Assembly (NCBI GenBank): GCA_963837955.1
Contig: CAWIPH010000002.1
Span: 608,001 to 672,000 of the forward strand
Source of the DNA: an uncultured Verrucomicrobiae bacterium
GTDB lineage: Bacteria > Verrucomicrobiota > Verrucomicrobiia > Chthoniobacterales > JAFAMB01
Direction: 5' to 3'
DNA: 64,000 nucleotides
Both the position numbers and the translations under genes were made by a program. Below are positions 9,536 through 17,901 of this stretch, piece after piece (the stretch's first letter is position 1; each line of letters opens with the position of its first letter). The notes under the pieces were generated by a model. It saw only the letters and a list, made by a program, of their open reading frames with translations. It was not told where the DNA came from and ran no database searches.

Positions 9536-10780
9536 CTACAGAGCCTTAAAGGCAAGAGTCGCGTTGTGTCCGCCAAATCCGAAAGAGTTATTCAGAGCAA
9601 CCCGAACCTCTTTCTCGCGAGCAACATTCGGCACATAATCGAGATCACATTCCGGATCCGGATTTTCGAGATTGATGGTTGGCGGTACAACTCCATGCTT
9701 CATCGTCAAAATGCAGACTGCGCTTTCCACGGCCCCAGCTCCGCCCAGCAGATGTCCGATCATCGACTTCGTAGCGCTTATCAGAAGTCCGTTTCGCGCA
9801 TGATCACCCGCAAATAATTTGATAGCGTTGGTCTCGCACGCATCGCCAACCTGGGTCGAAGTTGCATGAGCGTTAATGTAATCGATATCTGCCACATTCA
9901 CGCCCGCCCGTTCGGTGGCAATTCTCATGGCCCGGGCGACAGGTTTGCCGTCCGGCTTCGGCGCCGTCATGTGGTAGGCATCGCAGGTAAGGCCGTAGCC
10001 GGCCAATTCACAATAGATTTCTGCGCCGCGTGCCTTGGCGTGTTCATACTCTTCCAGAATGAGGATGCCGCCTCCTTCACCCATCACAAAACCGTCTCGA
10101 TCGCGGTCAAATGGGCGAGAAGCGCGCTCTGGTTCATCGTTGCGCGTACTCATCGCACGCATCGCACAGAAACCGCCGACCCCGAGATTATTGATGACTG
10201 CCTCGCATCCGCCAGCCAGAAAAACTTCGGCCTCATCGTCGCGAATCATTCGCCAAGCTTCTCCAATCGAATTGCCGCCGGTGGCGCAGGCGGTAACGAT
10301 AGAGTAATTAGGCCCTTCAAAACCGTGCTCCATGGCGATGAGGCCGCTCGCCATATTGACGATCATCATCGGAACCATAAACGGAGAGACTCGACCGGGA
10401 CCCTTATTCATGAACGCCAGATGCTGCTGTTCCAGCGATGTCAGGCCTCCGATCCCACTTCCTACCAGAACACCCACTCGGGTCTTGTCCAATTTATCGA
10501 GATCGAGCCCGCTATCCTGCAAAGCCAATTTCGCCGAAGCGAGCGCGAATTGGGCGAACCGGTCCGTGCGCCGGACATCCTTCGGATTCGAAAGATAGGT
10601 TGTTGCCGAAAAATCCGGCACTTCACCCGCGATGTTGCACGGGAACACCGAGGAATCGAATTGAGTTATGCGACGGACGCCACTCTTCCCACTTACGACG
10701 TTTTCCCAAAAGGTTTTTAGATCACTTCCGATCGGCGTAATTAGGCCAATGCCGGTGACTACAACACGTCGATTACTCAT
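9536..10780 (-). CDS. fabF: 3-oxoacyl-ACP synthase II
   Basis: RRVVVTGIG, TACATG (catalytic Cys), HATST, KSMIGHLLG, NSFGFGGHN. Confidence 0.96.
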   Translation of the reverse strand: MSNRRVVVTGIGLITPIGSDLKTFWENVVSGKSGVRRITQFDSSVFPCNIAGEVPDFSATTYLSNPKDVRRTDRFAQFALASAKLALQDSGLDLDKLDKTRVGVLVGSGIGGLTSLEQQHLAFMNKGPGRVSPFMVPMMIVNMASGLIAMEHGFEGPNYSIVTACATGGNSIGEAWRMIRDDEAEVFLAGGCEAVINNLGVGGFCAMRAMSTRNDEPERASRPFDRDRDGFVMGEGGGILILEEYEHAKARGAEIYCELAGYGLTCDAYHMTAPKPDGKPVARAMRIATERAGVNVADIDYINAHATSTQVGDACETNAIKLFAGDHARNGLLISATKSMIGHLLGGAGAVESAVCILTMKHGVVPPTINLENPDPECDLDYVPNVAREKEVRVALNNSFGFGGHNATLAFKAL

Positions 10781-10833
10781 CAGATCTCCGATACGGAGTT
10801 ATTTTGCACCATTCTCCTATGTAACAGAAATTT

Positions 10834-12018
10834 TTACGTATTTCGTGAACCCATACCGACCATTTGAGCCTGTTGAAATAGCTTCCCTTCGGTCCGGATT
10901 GACGGGGCAATGATTATTTCGGTTTCCTGAAATTCGTGCAAATTGGCGGCGCCAACGTTGCCCATACAGGTTGTGATTGCACCGACCAGGTTTTGGCTTC
11001 CATCGTCGACTTCCGCCGGTCCAAACAAGATTTGTTTCAACGGCCCGGTCGTACCCACTCGAATTCGAGTTCCTCTCGGCAAGTTAGCATGAGGGGTTGC
11101 CATACCCCAATGATAGCCTTTCCCTGGTGCTTCGATCGCTTTGGCAAATGCGCTTCCAATCATCACGGCATCGGCACCGCACGCTAGCGCCTTACAAACG
11201 TCGCCTCCTTTGCTCATACCGCCATCGGTAATAATTGGCACGTATCTGCCGGTCTTTTTGAAATGGTAATCGCGGGCTGCGGCACAATCGACCGTAGCAG
11301 TCACTTGCGGAACGCCCAGACCTAGAACCCCGCGCGAAGTACAGGCGGCACCAGGTCCAACGCCGACGAGTACTCCAGCGACGCCGCACCCCATAATTTC
11401 AAGGGTTACATCGTAACCGACCGTGTTACCAACGATCACAGGACAAGACATGGCGCGGCAGAACTTAGTGAGGTCCAGCGACTGATATTCAGTCGAAATA
11501 TGCCTCACCGTAGAGACAGTACTTTGCACGACAAACACGTCGACACCTGCCTCTTGCGCAATTTGACCGTAGCGCTCCGCTTTCTGCGGAATGGAGCTCA
11601 CCGCGGCGGGAATCCCCAGGGCCTTCATTTCCCGGATGCGAGCGGTAATTAGTTCTTCTTGAACCGGCTCCTGGTAAATCTTTTGGAGTAGAGCAGTCAC
11701 ATGCTCTTTATCTGCGTCCAGCACCTTTAGCAGGACTTCCTCCGGGTTCTTGTATCTCGTTTGAATACCTTCCAGATTGAGAACTGCGAGTCCTCCCAAC
11801 TTTCCCATCTCCACAGCGAACCGGACATCGACAACCCCATCCATGGCACTCGCTAGGATAGGTATAGCCAGCCGCACGGGGTTGCCGTTGGCATTGGGTA
11901 TTTGAAATGTAATGTCCACCTCGTTTGGATTGACGGTGACACTCCCGGGTACCAGCGCAATCTCGTCGAAGCCGTAGGTCACGCGCGCCTTGCGATTGCG
12001 GCCGATGAACATCGCCAT
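10834..12018 (-). CDS. guaB: GuaB3-family IMP dehydrogenase (no CBS domains)
   Basis: [28 protein letters not shown] (catalytic Cys loop), DGG, HWGMA. Confidence 0.88.
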   Translation of the reverse strand: MAMFIGRNRKARVTYGFDEIALVPGSVTVNPNEVDITFQIPNANGNPVRLAIPILASAMDGVVDVRFAVEMGKLGGLAVLNLEGIQTRYKNPEEVLLKVLDADKEHVTALLQKIYQEPVQEELITARIREMKALGIPAAVSSIPQKAERYGQIAQEAGVDVFVVQSTVSTVRHISTEYQSLDLTKFCRAMSCPVIVGNTVGYDVTLEIMGCGVAGVLVGVGPGAACTSRGVLGLGVPQVTATVDCAAARDYHFKKTGRYVPIITDGGMSKGGDVCKALACGADAVMIGSAFAKAIEAPGKGYHWGMATPHANLPRGTRIRVGTTGPLKQILFGPAEVDDGSQNLVGAITTCMGNVGAANLHEFQETEIIIAPSIRTEGKLFQQAQMVGMGSRNT

Positions 12019-12022
12019 ATAA

Positions 12023-12262
12023 TTAAAGTCCTCCAGTTTTCTGTCGCTCGTTCAGGCTGCCGCAACGCGGGCACCGGATAAGCTCCGCGCTGGTCCTGTC
12101 TTCGAAAATAGAGGCACAGATCGTGCAGTGGACCCGGTAACGCAAGACTTCTTTTTCACGTTTTTGGTTACGCCATTCGTACACAATTGAGAGTGAAAAG
12201 AGGGCCGCAAGCAGAACGAAAAAGTAGATGAGGACAATTACCGGTAGTTCAACGCGTATCAT
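12023..12262 (-). CDS. Small membrane-anchored zinc-ribbon protein
   Basis: N-terminal TM helix, then CTIC...CPRC; ends 4 bp before the guaB-like start. Confidence 0.75.
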   Translation of the reverse strand: MIRVELPVIVLIYFFVLLAALFSLSIVYEWRNQKREKEVLRYRVHCTICASIFEDRTSAELIRCPRCGSLNERQKTGGL

Positions 12263-12371
12263 CGCCGGATATCGAGAAGGCTAGACCAAATTCTGGTAGT
12301 CAAATGGTTGGCAACCAACCGCCGATCAGAATAATTCCCAGTTGCCCGGTGTCGAGATTTCGGGCTCGGCT

Positions 12372-13097
12372 TCATGGTGCCGTGACCCCCCAATGCAGGG
12401 TAATAAGATCCCAAGTGGAAGAGGAAGCCGATCGAAATTGGATCTGCCGGACAAATTGTTCCGCCTCCGCATCACGGCGATCGCTCCCGGAGGTTTGCCA
12501 GAGAAATAGATGTTCGATTTTTCCTTCCCGGTTCACGCCGACGAAAAACGTGGATGGTTCCAACATCTCGGAAGCGGTTGGCGGAGAGCCCGAGAAGACC
12601 CCCTGCCGCCCTTGCAGGTTGTGACCGAATTCTAAGCGAGTAGCGAACGGTTGGTTGATGGGTGCGATCGTTGGCCGGCCCCGAACCGGGAAAAGATCTT
12701 CGGCGGAAAAAAGTGGGGGTTTCGGGGTCCGCAGTGAAACCGTGGGCTGCGGTTCACCTAGAGGACCCGGAGCGATCGCGGAAAAACTTGGGCGATAACG
12801 TGGTACCAGGGCGGGAACCAAATCATTCCGAAACTTGGCGGTGTTCAAGGTCGACGGATCGTGTAACTCGACCCAATCGAGGATGCGACGATCATCGGAG
12901 TTTTTGGGATTAAGAACTGAGACCTGAGCGGTGGGTGGCAGCAATGAATTGGTCGTTGGGTAGACTATGTGGAAAAGGTAGAACGCTGCGAAATGCACCA
13001 GTAATGAAGCCGCCAGAAATCCAATGAGGGGTTGGTTCCAGCGGTGAGGCGTCCAATCAAAAATCAAACGCTGGGATGAAAGGGCGTTATTCTTCAA
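12372..13097 (-). CDS. TonB/TolA-like energy transducer
   Basis: TM helix with S-x3-H (ASLLVH), Pro-rich linker, and TonB_C-like end (FFVGVNREGKI...SGSDRRDAEAEQFVRQIQF). Likely TTG start overlaps the exbD stop; the ORF extends to 13148. Confidence 0.7.
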   Translation of the reverse strand: MKNNALSSQRLIFDWTPHRWNQPLIGFLAASLLVHFAAFYLFHIVYPTTNSLLPPTAQVSVLNPKNSDDRRILDWVELHDPSTLNTAKFRNDLVPALVPRYRPSFSAIAPGPLGEPQPTVSLRTPKPPLFSAEDLFPVRGRPTIAPINQPFATRLEFGHNLQGRQGVFSGSPPTASEMLEPSTFFVGVNREGKIEHLFLWQTSGSDRRDAEAEQFVRQIQFRSASSSTWDLITLHWGVTAP

Positions 13098-13498
13098 GAG
13101 CCTTGTGGGGAGGTCGCCAGCGCGACGGAATAGCCATGGTCCAGACAAAGATTCATGACTTCGACCACGAGACCTTGGGGAGCCATTCGATCCGCCCGAA
13201 TGATGATAGATCGATCGGTCAAGCGATCCTGATCGAATTCATGACCGAGCTCGTCGAGCGAAACCTGCCGATCCCGAAAAAAAATGGAGGGAATCGGGTT
13301 GGCCGTGATCGCTACAATTAACGGGTTTCTGGCCGGGCCGAGGGTAAATTTAGAGGACGGGAGATTGATACTAATTCCGGGGTTTACCAGAAAGGTAGAA
13401 CTCACCACGAAAAGAAGCAGGAACAACAGAACAAGGTCCATCAGCGGAACGATGAAAAGCAGATACGGATTGAGCCGGACGGACCTTTCCAGTTTCAT
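13094..13498 (-). CDS. exbD: ExbD/TolR biopolymer transport protein
   Basis: VPLMDLVLLFLL (conserved TM Asp), INLP, IRADRMAPQGLVVEVM. Confidence 0.9.
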   Translation of the reverse strand: MKLERSVRLNPYLLFIVPLMDLVLLFLLLFVVSSTFLVNPGISINLPSSKFTLGPARNPLIVAITANPIPSIFFRDRQVSLDELGHEFDQDRLTDRSIIIRADRMAPQGLVVEVMNLCLDHGYSVALATSPQGS

Positions 13499-14160
13499 CT
13501 CTGCTCGCCGGCGGCCTTCGATGCGGCATCAAATTCGATGATCGATGAGCGTTCTTCGGAGTCGGTGATAAGTTTGACGGCCTCGATTCCGGCTCTCTCC
13601 ATGTCATGTATCAAGCGATTAAGTCTCGCCGAAAGATGGCAATACCCGAGAATTGCGGGAATGGCTACCGCCAAACCCCCAGCCGTAGTCAAGAGGCTTT
13701 GGTATATGCCGCCGGAGATCTCGGCCAAGGTCGCATAACCGTTGTTCGCAGAAAGCTGGACAAAGGCTTGAATTAAGCCGGTTACGGTTCCCAGTAGGCC
13801 GACTAGCGGGCAGATATATCCGATGGCCACGAGAATTCCCAGGTTCCGTTCGAGACGAGGGATTTCCAACTGAGCTGCCTCTTGGACAATCTCCTTGAGC
13901 TCCAACCGGGGAAGATGCGGATGATTCAAGGCAGCCAGAATCACTCGTGTAACCGGGATGAGCGAAGCTTGGCATTCTACGCGAGCCTCCACAAAATTTC
14001 GACTTCGGATCAAGTTCGACAATCCTTGCAGAAGCTCCTCCACGTTGATGCTCGCGCGATGGTAGTGCAGGAGACGTTCCAGGAACACCGCGACGGCCAC
14101 AACGCTACAAAGAAGGATGAGCCACATCAGCGGTCCACCCTTTTGCATGTAGTCGACCAT
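13495..14160 (-). CDS. exbB: MotA/TolQ/ExbB proton channel protein
   Basis: GGPLMW, PLVGLLGTVTGLI, GIYQSLLTTAGGLAVAIP; ATGA overlap with exbD. Confidence 0.9.
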   Translation of the reverse strand: MVDYMQKGGPLMWLILLCSVVAVAVFLERLLHYHRASINVEELLQGLSNLIRSRNFVEARVECQASLIPVTRVILAALNHPHLPRLELKEIVQEAAQLEIPRLERNLGILVAIGYICPLVGLLGTVTGLIQAFVQLSANNGYATLAEISGGIYQSLLTTAGGLAVAIPAILGYCHLSARLNRLIHDMERAGIEAVKLITDSEERSSIIEFDAASKAAGEQR

Positions 14161-14251
14161 CTGGGACTTATAGCCAAGCCTGCCCCTGAGCGCAACAACT
14201 GGGACATTCATCCTTTGAGCCCAGATAGAGTTGACTGCCCCGCCGCGCACC

Positions 14252-14570
14252 TATGCGCGTCAACGTAAGGGAAAGAATATGCGCCGAGAAGACTTGTCCC
14301 GGAGGGACTCAACGAAAGTAGCCCAGTACGAAGTGCTGGGTTGGCCTTCAAAAAAACGACCCGTCCCGGACGGGACGATCGAAGGCTGCTTACGCTGGTG
14401 AAGCTGCATACGGGAGGACCAGGAGCCGAAACACTTCTATCGTCCCTTATAGGCGGGACAGACCTCTCTTTTTTGCATTATTTCCCAGCACTTCGTACTG
14501 GGCTACTTTCATCGGATCCCTCCGGGACAAGTCTTCTGCCGATGGTGCTAAGCCTTATGTTAACGCCATA
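14252..14570. repeat. REPIN/MITE-like palindromic element with layered inverted repeats
   Basis: Outer IR 14252-14270/14553-14570; IR agaagacttgtcccggaggga 14287-14307/14517-14537; GTAG-REP gtagcccagtacgaagtgctggg at 14318-14340 and inverted at 14484-14506. Confidence 0.9.
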
Positions 14571-14659
14571 CCCCGACGCGGGGTAAAGCTATTTTCATTT
14601 TGATCCCTGCGGGATCGTGACGCGCCGGCCAGGTACCGGACCGTTACCTGACAGTAAAA

Positions 14660-15301
14660 TTAGCTTCCTGCAGCGCTCCCTTCGCGAACCGGCATGGGCC
14701 GAAGCGTCGGATGCTCTCGGTTGAATTTGTGCAATAGAAGCTGCGTCACTGCATCAAGAGCGGCAAACACGTTGTAACCGGTGGTGGCGACAGCTTCAAA
14801 AAATCGCACCCGCCTTTTACGATTATTCAGGAGGAACTCTAAATAATTAGTAGGGGCGACGTCACTTAAATCCCGCTTATTATACTGAAGCACGTAGGGT
14901 AGCTCCTCCAACTTTAGATGTTGGCGACCCAGGTTCTCTTCGAGATTCCGAAAACCCTCAACGTTTTCCTGCATTTTGTCCCACTGCGAATCCGCGACGA
15001 AGACCACCCCGTCAACGCTGCGGAGCACAAGCTGGCGAGTCGTGTTATAAATCACCTGCCCCGGAACCGTGTACAATTGGAACTTCGTTCTGAAGCCCTG
15101 GAGCACGACTGCGTTCACCGGTAGAAAATCGAAAAAGAGCGTCCGATCAGCCGCTGTGGCTAGGGAAACTAGATCGCCGCGATAATTCGGTGAGATTCGC
15201 GAATGAATGTACTGGAGATTGGTCGTCTTGCCGCAAAGAGCTGGCCCGTAGTAGACGACCTTGAACTGGATCTCTTTGCTAGCGTAATTAATGATCGGCA
15301 T
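14660..15301 (-). CDS. mglA: MglA-family small GTPase
   Basis: KVVYYGPALCGKTTN, DRTLFFD, YTVPGQ, NKRD are diagnostic MglA motifs. Confidence 0.93.
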   Translation of the reverse strand: MPIINYASKEIQFKVVYYGPALCGKTTNLQYIHSRISPNYRGDLVSLATAADRTLFFDFLPVNAVVLQGFRTKFQLYTVPGQVIYNTTRQLVLRSVDGVVFVADSQWDKMQENVEGFRNLEENLGRQHLKLEELPYVLQYNKRDLSDVAPTNYLEFLLNNRKRRVRFFEAVATTGYNVFAALDAVTQLLLHKFNREHPTLRPMPVREGSAAGS

Positions 15302-15308
15302 GAACGAG

Positions 15309-16922
15309 CTAGATCTCGGATGACGATAAAGCTTCAGCTAGTCGCGAGAAGATCAACGATATTTTTTCACGAACCCCCGGCTTGAATGGTCGACGACTGT
15401 GCCGCACCGATAAACAAAGTCGTCCATCCGAGAAAATGCTGATCTGCTCCTGGCGCCAGCAGAGCGTAAGAGTCTCCAGCCCGGTGAACTCTTTCTGGTC
15501 CAACTGAGTTTTGACTTCGCCAAAAAGCACCGGAAACAGAGCGAGCGCGTTCCGCTCGAATTGGTCGTCACCAATCCCTCCGGTAAGCCGCCGTCCATCT
15601 GCGGTATGAAGCAGAGCGGTCTGCAGACCGGGAAGAGCTGAAATTTTGCTTAGGACAATAGGTAGGTCTAACCGCTCGTCAGTCATAAAGACCGATTGGA
15701 GAGCGGAAAAATCGGGTTCGGGTTTTGGCGGAGGCGTCAGTACAGGCTCGACGGTAACCTCAGTTGGAGTTTCGACCTTCTCGCTTGGTACCTCGCTGTC
15801 GAATTCCAGCTGTGCACGGTCCGTCTCAGATTCAGCAACTGGGCTTGCAGTCTTACGAAATCTTTCGGCGTCTTCTCGTGCCGTAGTAGTAAACGGAGTG
15901 TCGATCGGATCGCGAACTTCATCTATCTCCTGGTCTACCCGGAGTGGCAACGCATCGCTCGGAAGATGCCGGAAGATTTCCTTCAGTGGGATCGGTACCT
16001 GGGCTGATTGATCAACCTGACCAAACGCGTTTCGAACGGATTCGGGAAGCGCCTTTAGGAAAATCGGGATCGGTACCGTTACCCGACCATCAGATAGCTG
16101 CGATCGGATCAACTCCAAAGGAAGCTCGATCTCCGTGTTTGATCCCGCAACACTATGGAGGGCTGGACGATCTAGTTCGGGAGGCAGGTTCCGCAAAATC
16201 GGCGGGAGTGCAATCCGAACATTCTGGGCGGTATCCGCTCCGTTTTGGCTCGCTCCCGTCGATGGACTTTCGCCGTTAACCATCGAAGAGGGTTGGGACT
16301 TGTCGCTCAATGTCTCGTCGGTACTCGCTTGGCTTCGATCCTTAAATGTTTGCATGGGCGGTTCGTGTCTCTCACCGAGTTGAGGCTCAACCGGCGGCTG
16401 TTGTGCTTCGGAGACAGGAATTGGGCCTGTCTTCACCTCGACCACTTCGGCATTTCGCAGCCGCTCCCAAGCGGGCAACTGAAATCTCACGGACCGATTA
16501 TCTGAGGCCGGAATTGCAGCGGCGAAGATTTCCGGGCAGACCGCGTGCAGCACGTAAAGGCTTACGGTACCGGTGTGATCCGTGTCGTTGACCCGGACCT
16601 CTTTGCGCGGGATTTGAATTCGCCGCCTCGGGTCCAAGGAGGGATTGTCTTGCGAGATGCCTTGGGGAAGGGATTGCCAAAGCGTCTGCAGTGGGATGTC
16701 AATAGTGGCTCGGACCGGTCGTTTGAACGTGGAGGAACCTGAAATGGTTCGGGCGGACTGAGGCATCGTCTCGCGCAGGCGCGGAACTCCTGGCCGGGCG
16801 GCTGTAGTTCGCGTGGCCGCAAACTCGTTTGATTCGGCCGGAGCTTCTGGTGAGGGGTGCCGCTCGGGTTCGTCTTCTTTCGACCTTCCCGATTTCGACT
16901 TGAACCAAGAAAAGAAAGCCAT
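15309..16922 (-). CDS. Large protein with repeated 'V.IPL..I...LP' modules and a C-terminal Roadblock/MglB-like domain
   Basis: The C-terminal ~125 aa (LSKISALPGLQTALLHTADGRRLTG...QISIFSDGRLCLSVRH) fit a Roadblock/LC7 pattern; ends 7 bp before the mglA start. Confidence 0.7.
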   Translation of the reverse strand: MAFFSWFKSKSGRSKEDEPERHPSPEAPAESNEFAATRTTAARPGVPRLRETMPQSARTISGSSTFKRPVRATIDIPLQTLWQSLPQGISQDNPSLDPRRRIQIPRKEVRVNDTDHTGTVSLYVLHAVCPEIFAAAIPASDNRSVRFQLPAWERLRNAEVVEVKTGPIPVSEAQQPPVEPQLGERHEPPMQTFKDRSQASTDETLSDKSQPSSMVNGESPSTGASQNGADTAQNVRIALPPILRNLPPELDRPALHSVAGSNTEIELPLELIRSQLSDGRVTVPIPIFLKALPESVRNAFGQVDQSAQVPIPLKEIFRHLPSDALPLRVDQEIDEVRDPIDTPFTTTAREDAERFRKTASPVAESETDRAQLEFDSEVPSEKVETPTEVTVEPVLTPPPKPEPDFSALQSVFMTDERLDLPIVLSKISALPGLQTALLHTADGRRLTGGIGDDQFERNALALFPVLFGEVKTQLDQKEFTGLETLTLCWRQEQISIFSDGRLCLSVRHSRRPFKPGVREKISLIFSRLAEALSSSEI

Positions 16923-17136
16923 GATACAAACGCGCTAGACTAGCATGGCACCAGAAAAATTCCTCTGGATTTTACGTCGCAATACGGTTTTTGCGTAATT
17001 AATCGCGTATTTGCGTATCAAAACAGTGTGAAATTCAGGTTCTAACGACGATTTTTGACCGAATAGGCTTTCACAAAACGGCAAAAACTAAAAAACCACA
17101 TTTTCCAAATCGACTACACAATATAAATCAGGCGAC

Positions 17137-17901
17137 CTAAAAAAGCGGGGATATGTACATTTTCAAGACACTCACCAGGCCTCCCGGGTAGTACGGAGTA
17201 CGGTCATAATAGAAGCTGCGGTCTGAAGCCTGATACCGGACGTGAACTACCTTTCCCGGTTGATTAACGTCATAAACGAAGAAAAGCAGATCCCCGTTTG
17301 GCCGCTTCACGTATTTGTAAGCGACCAGGCAATGATTGATCGGCTTCATCCGAGTTATGTAGATCGCCTCAATCTTTTCGGCGTCGAGACGCCGTTGCAG
17401 CCACAGCGCCAAGCGCTGCTGGCCGGAACGCGGGACCGGCAACACAATGCGCCAATTGCCAATGCGCCAATATGACGGCCACCAGATGCCCAGCGTTTTT
17501 TGCAGCATTAAAGGGTAGGCCGCCGAAAAACTGTAGAGGTCGGAATAACCTGGGAACTGAATTTTTTTCGCGGGCCCCTCGCTTGAGGCTGGAATTCGCA
17601 CCAGATTTTTAATCCGAGAGCGATATTCCTCTTCCGTCAATTTGGGAAGATCCGGACGAAATTCAGCAAAGCGTCGAAATTGCAATACCGAACGAACCAG
17701 AACGAAGCAATGGCGCGAGTAGTCAGGGATTTTGCCATCCGCGCGCGGAAGGATCTCGACGTTTCCCTTTTGGTTGGTCTGGTAATCGAAATAGAGCTGA
17801 TTCGAGAATGAAAAAGTGTCTTGAGGAAACTGGAATGGTTTGCCGTTTACTAATGTTGCCAGCGCGACATTAGCCCAGAGCAAGAAAAGTGTGGATCGCA
17901 C
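17137..17901 (-). CDS. Secreted hypothetical protein, possible papain-fold Cys-His-Asp enzyme
   Basis: Signal peptide; RHCFVL, INHCLVAY and VYDVN motifs; GTG start directly abuts the rpoN stop. Confidence 0.6.
   Translation of the reverse strand: MRSTLFLLWANVALATLVNGKPFQFPQDTFSFSNQLYFDYQTNQKGNVEILPRADGKIPDYSRHCFVLVRSVLQFRRFAEFRPDLPKLTEEEYRSRIKNLVRIPASSEGPAKKIQFPGYSDLYSFSAAYPLMLQKTLGIWWPSYWRIGNWRIVLPVPRSGQQRLALWLQRRLDAEKIEAIYITRMKPINHCLVAYKYVKRPNGDLLFFVYDVNQPGKVVHVRYQASDRSFYYDRTPYYPGGLVSVLKMYISPLF

Noticed and set aside
9866..10720. 284-aa plus-strand ORF
   Set aside because: Antisense shadow of fabF.
5797..14570. Recurring palindromes as a CRISPR array
   Set aside because: They are not regularly spaced direct repeats with unique spacers, and no cas genes are present.
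14341..14586. 81-aa ORF inside the palindromic element
   Set aside because: It lies within the repeat and has no transposase motifs.
16946..16960. TGGCAC upstream of the MglB-like gene as a sigma-54 site
   Set aside because: There is no GC at the -12 position, and it points the wrong way.
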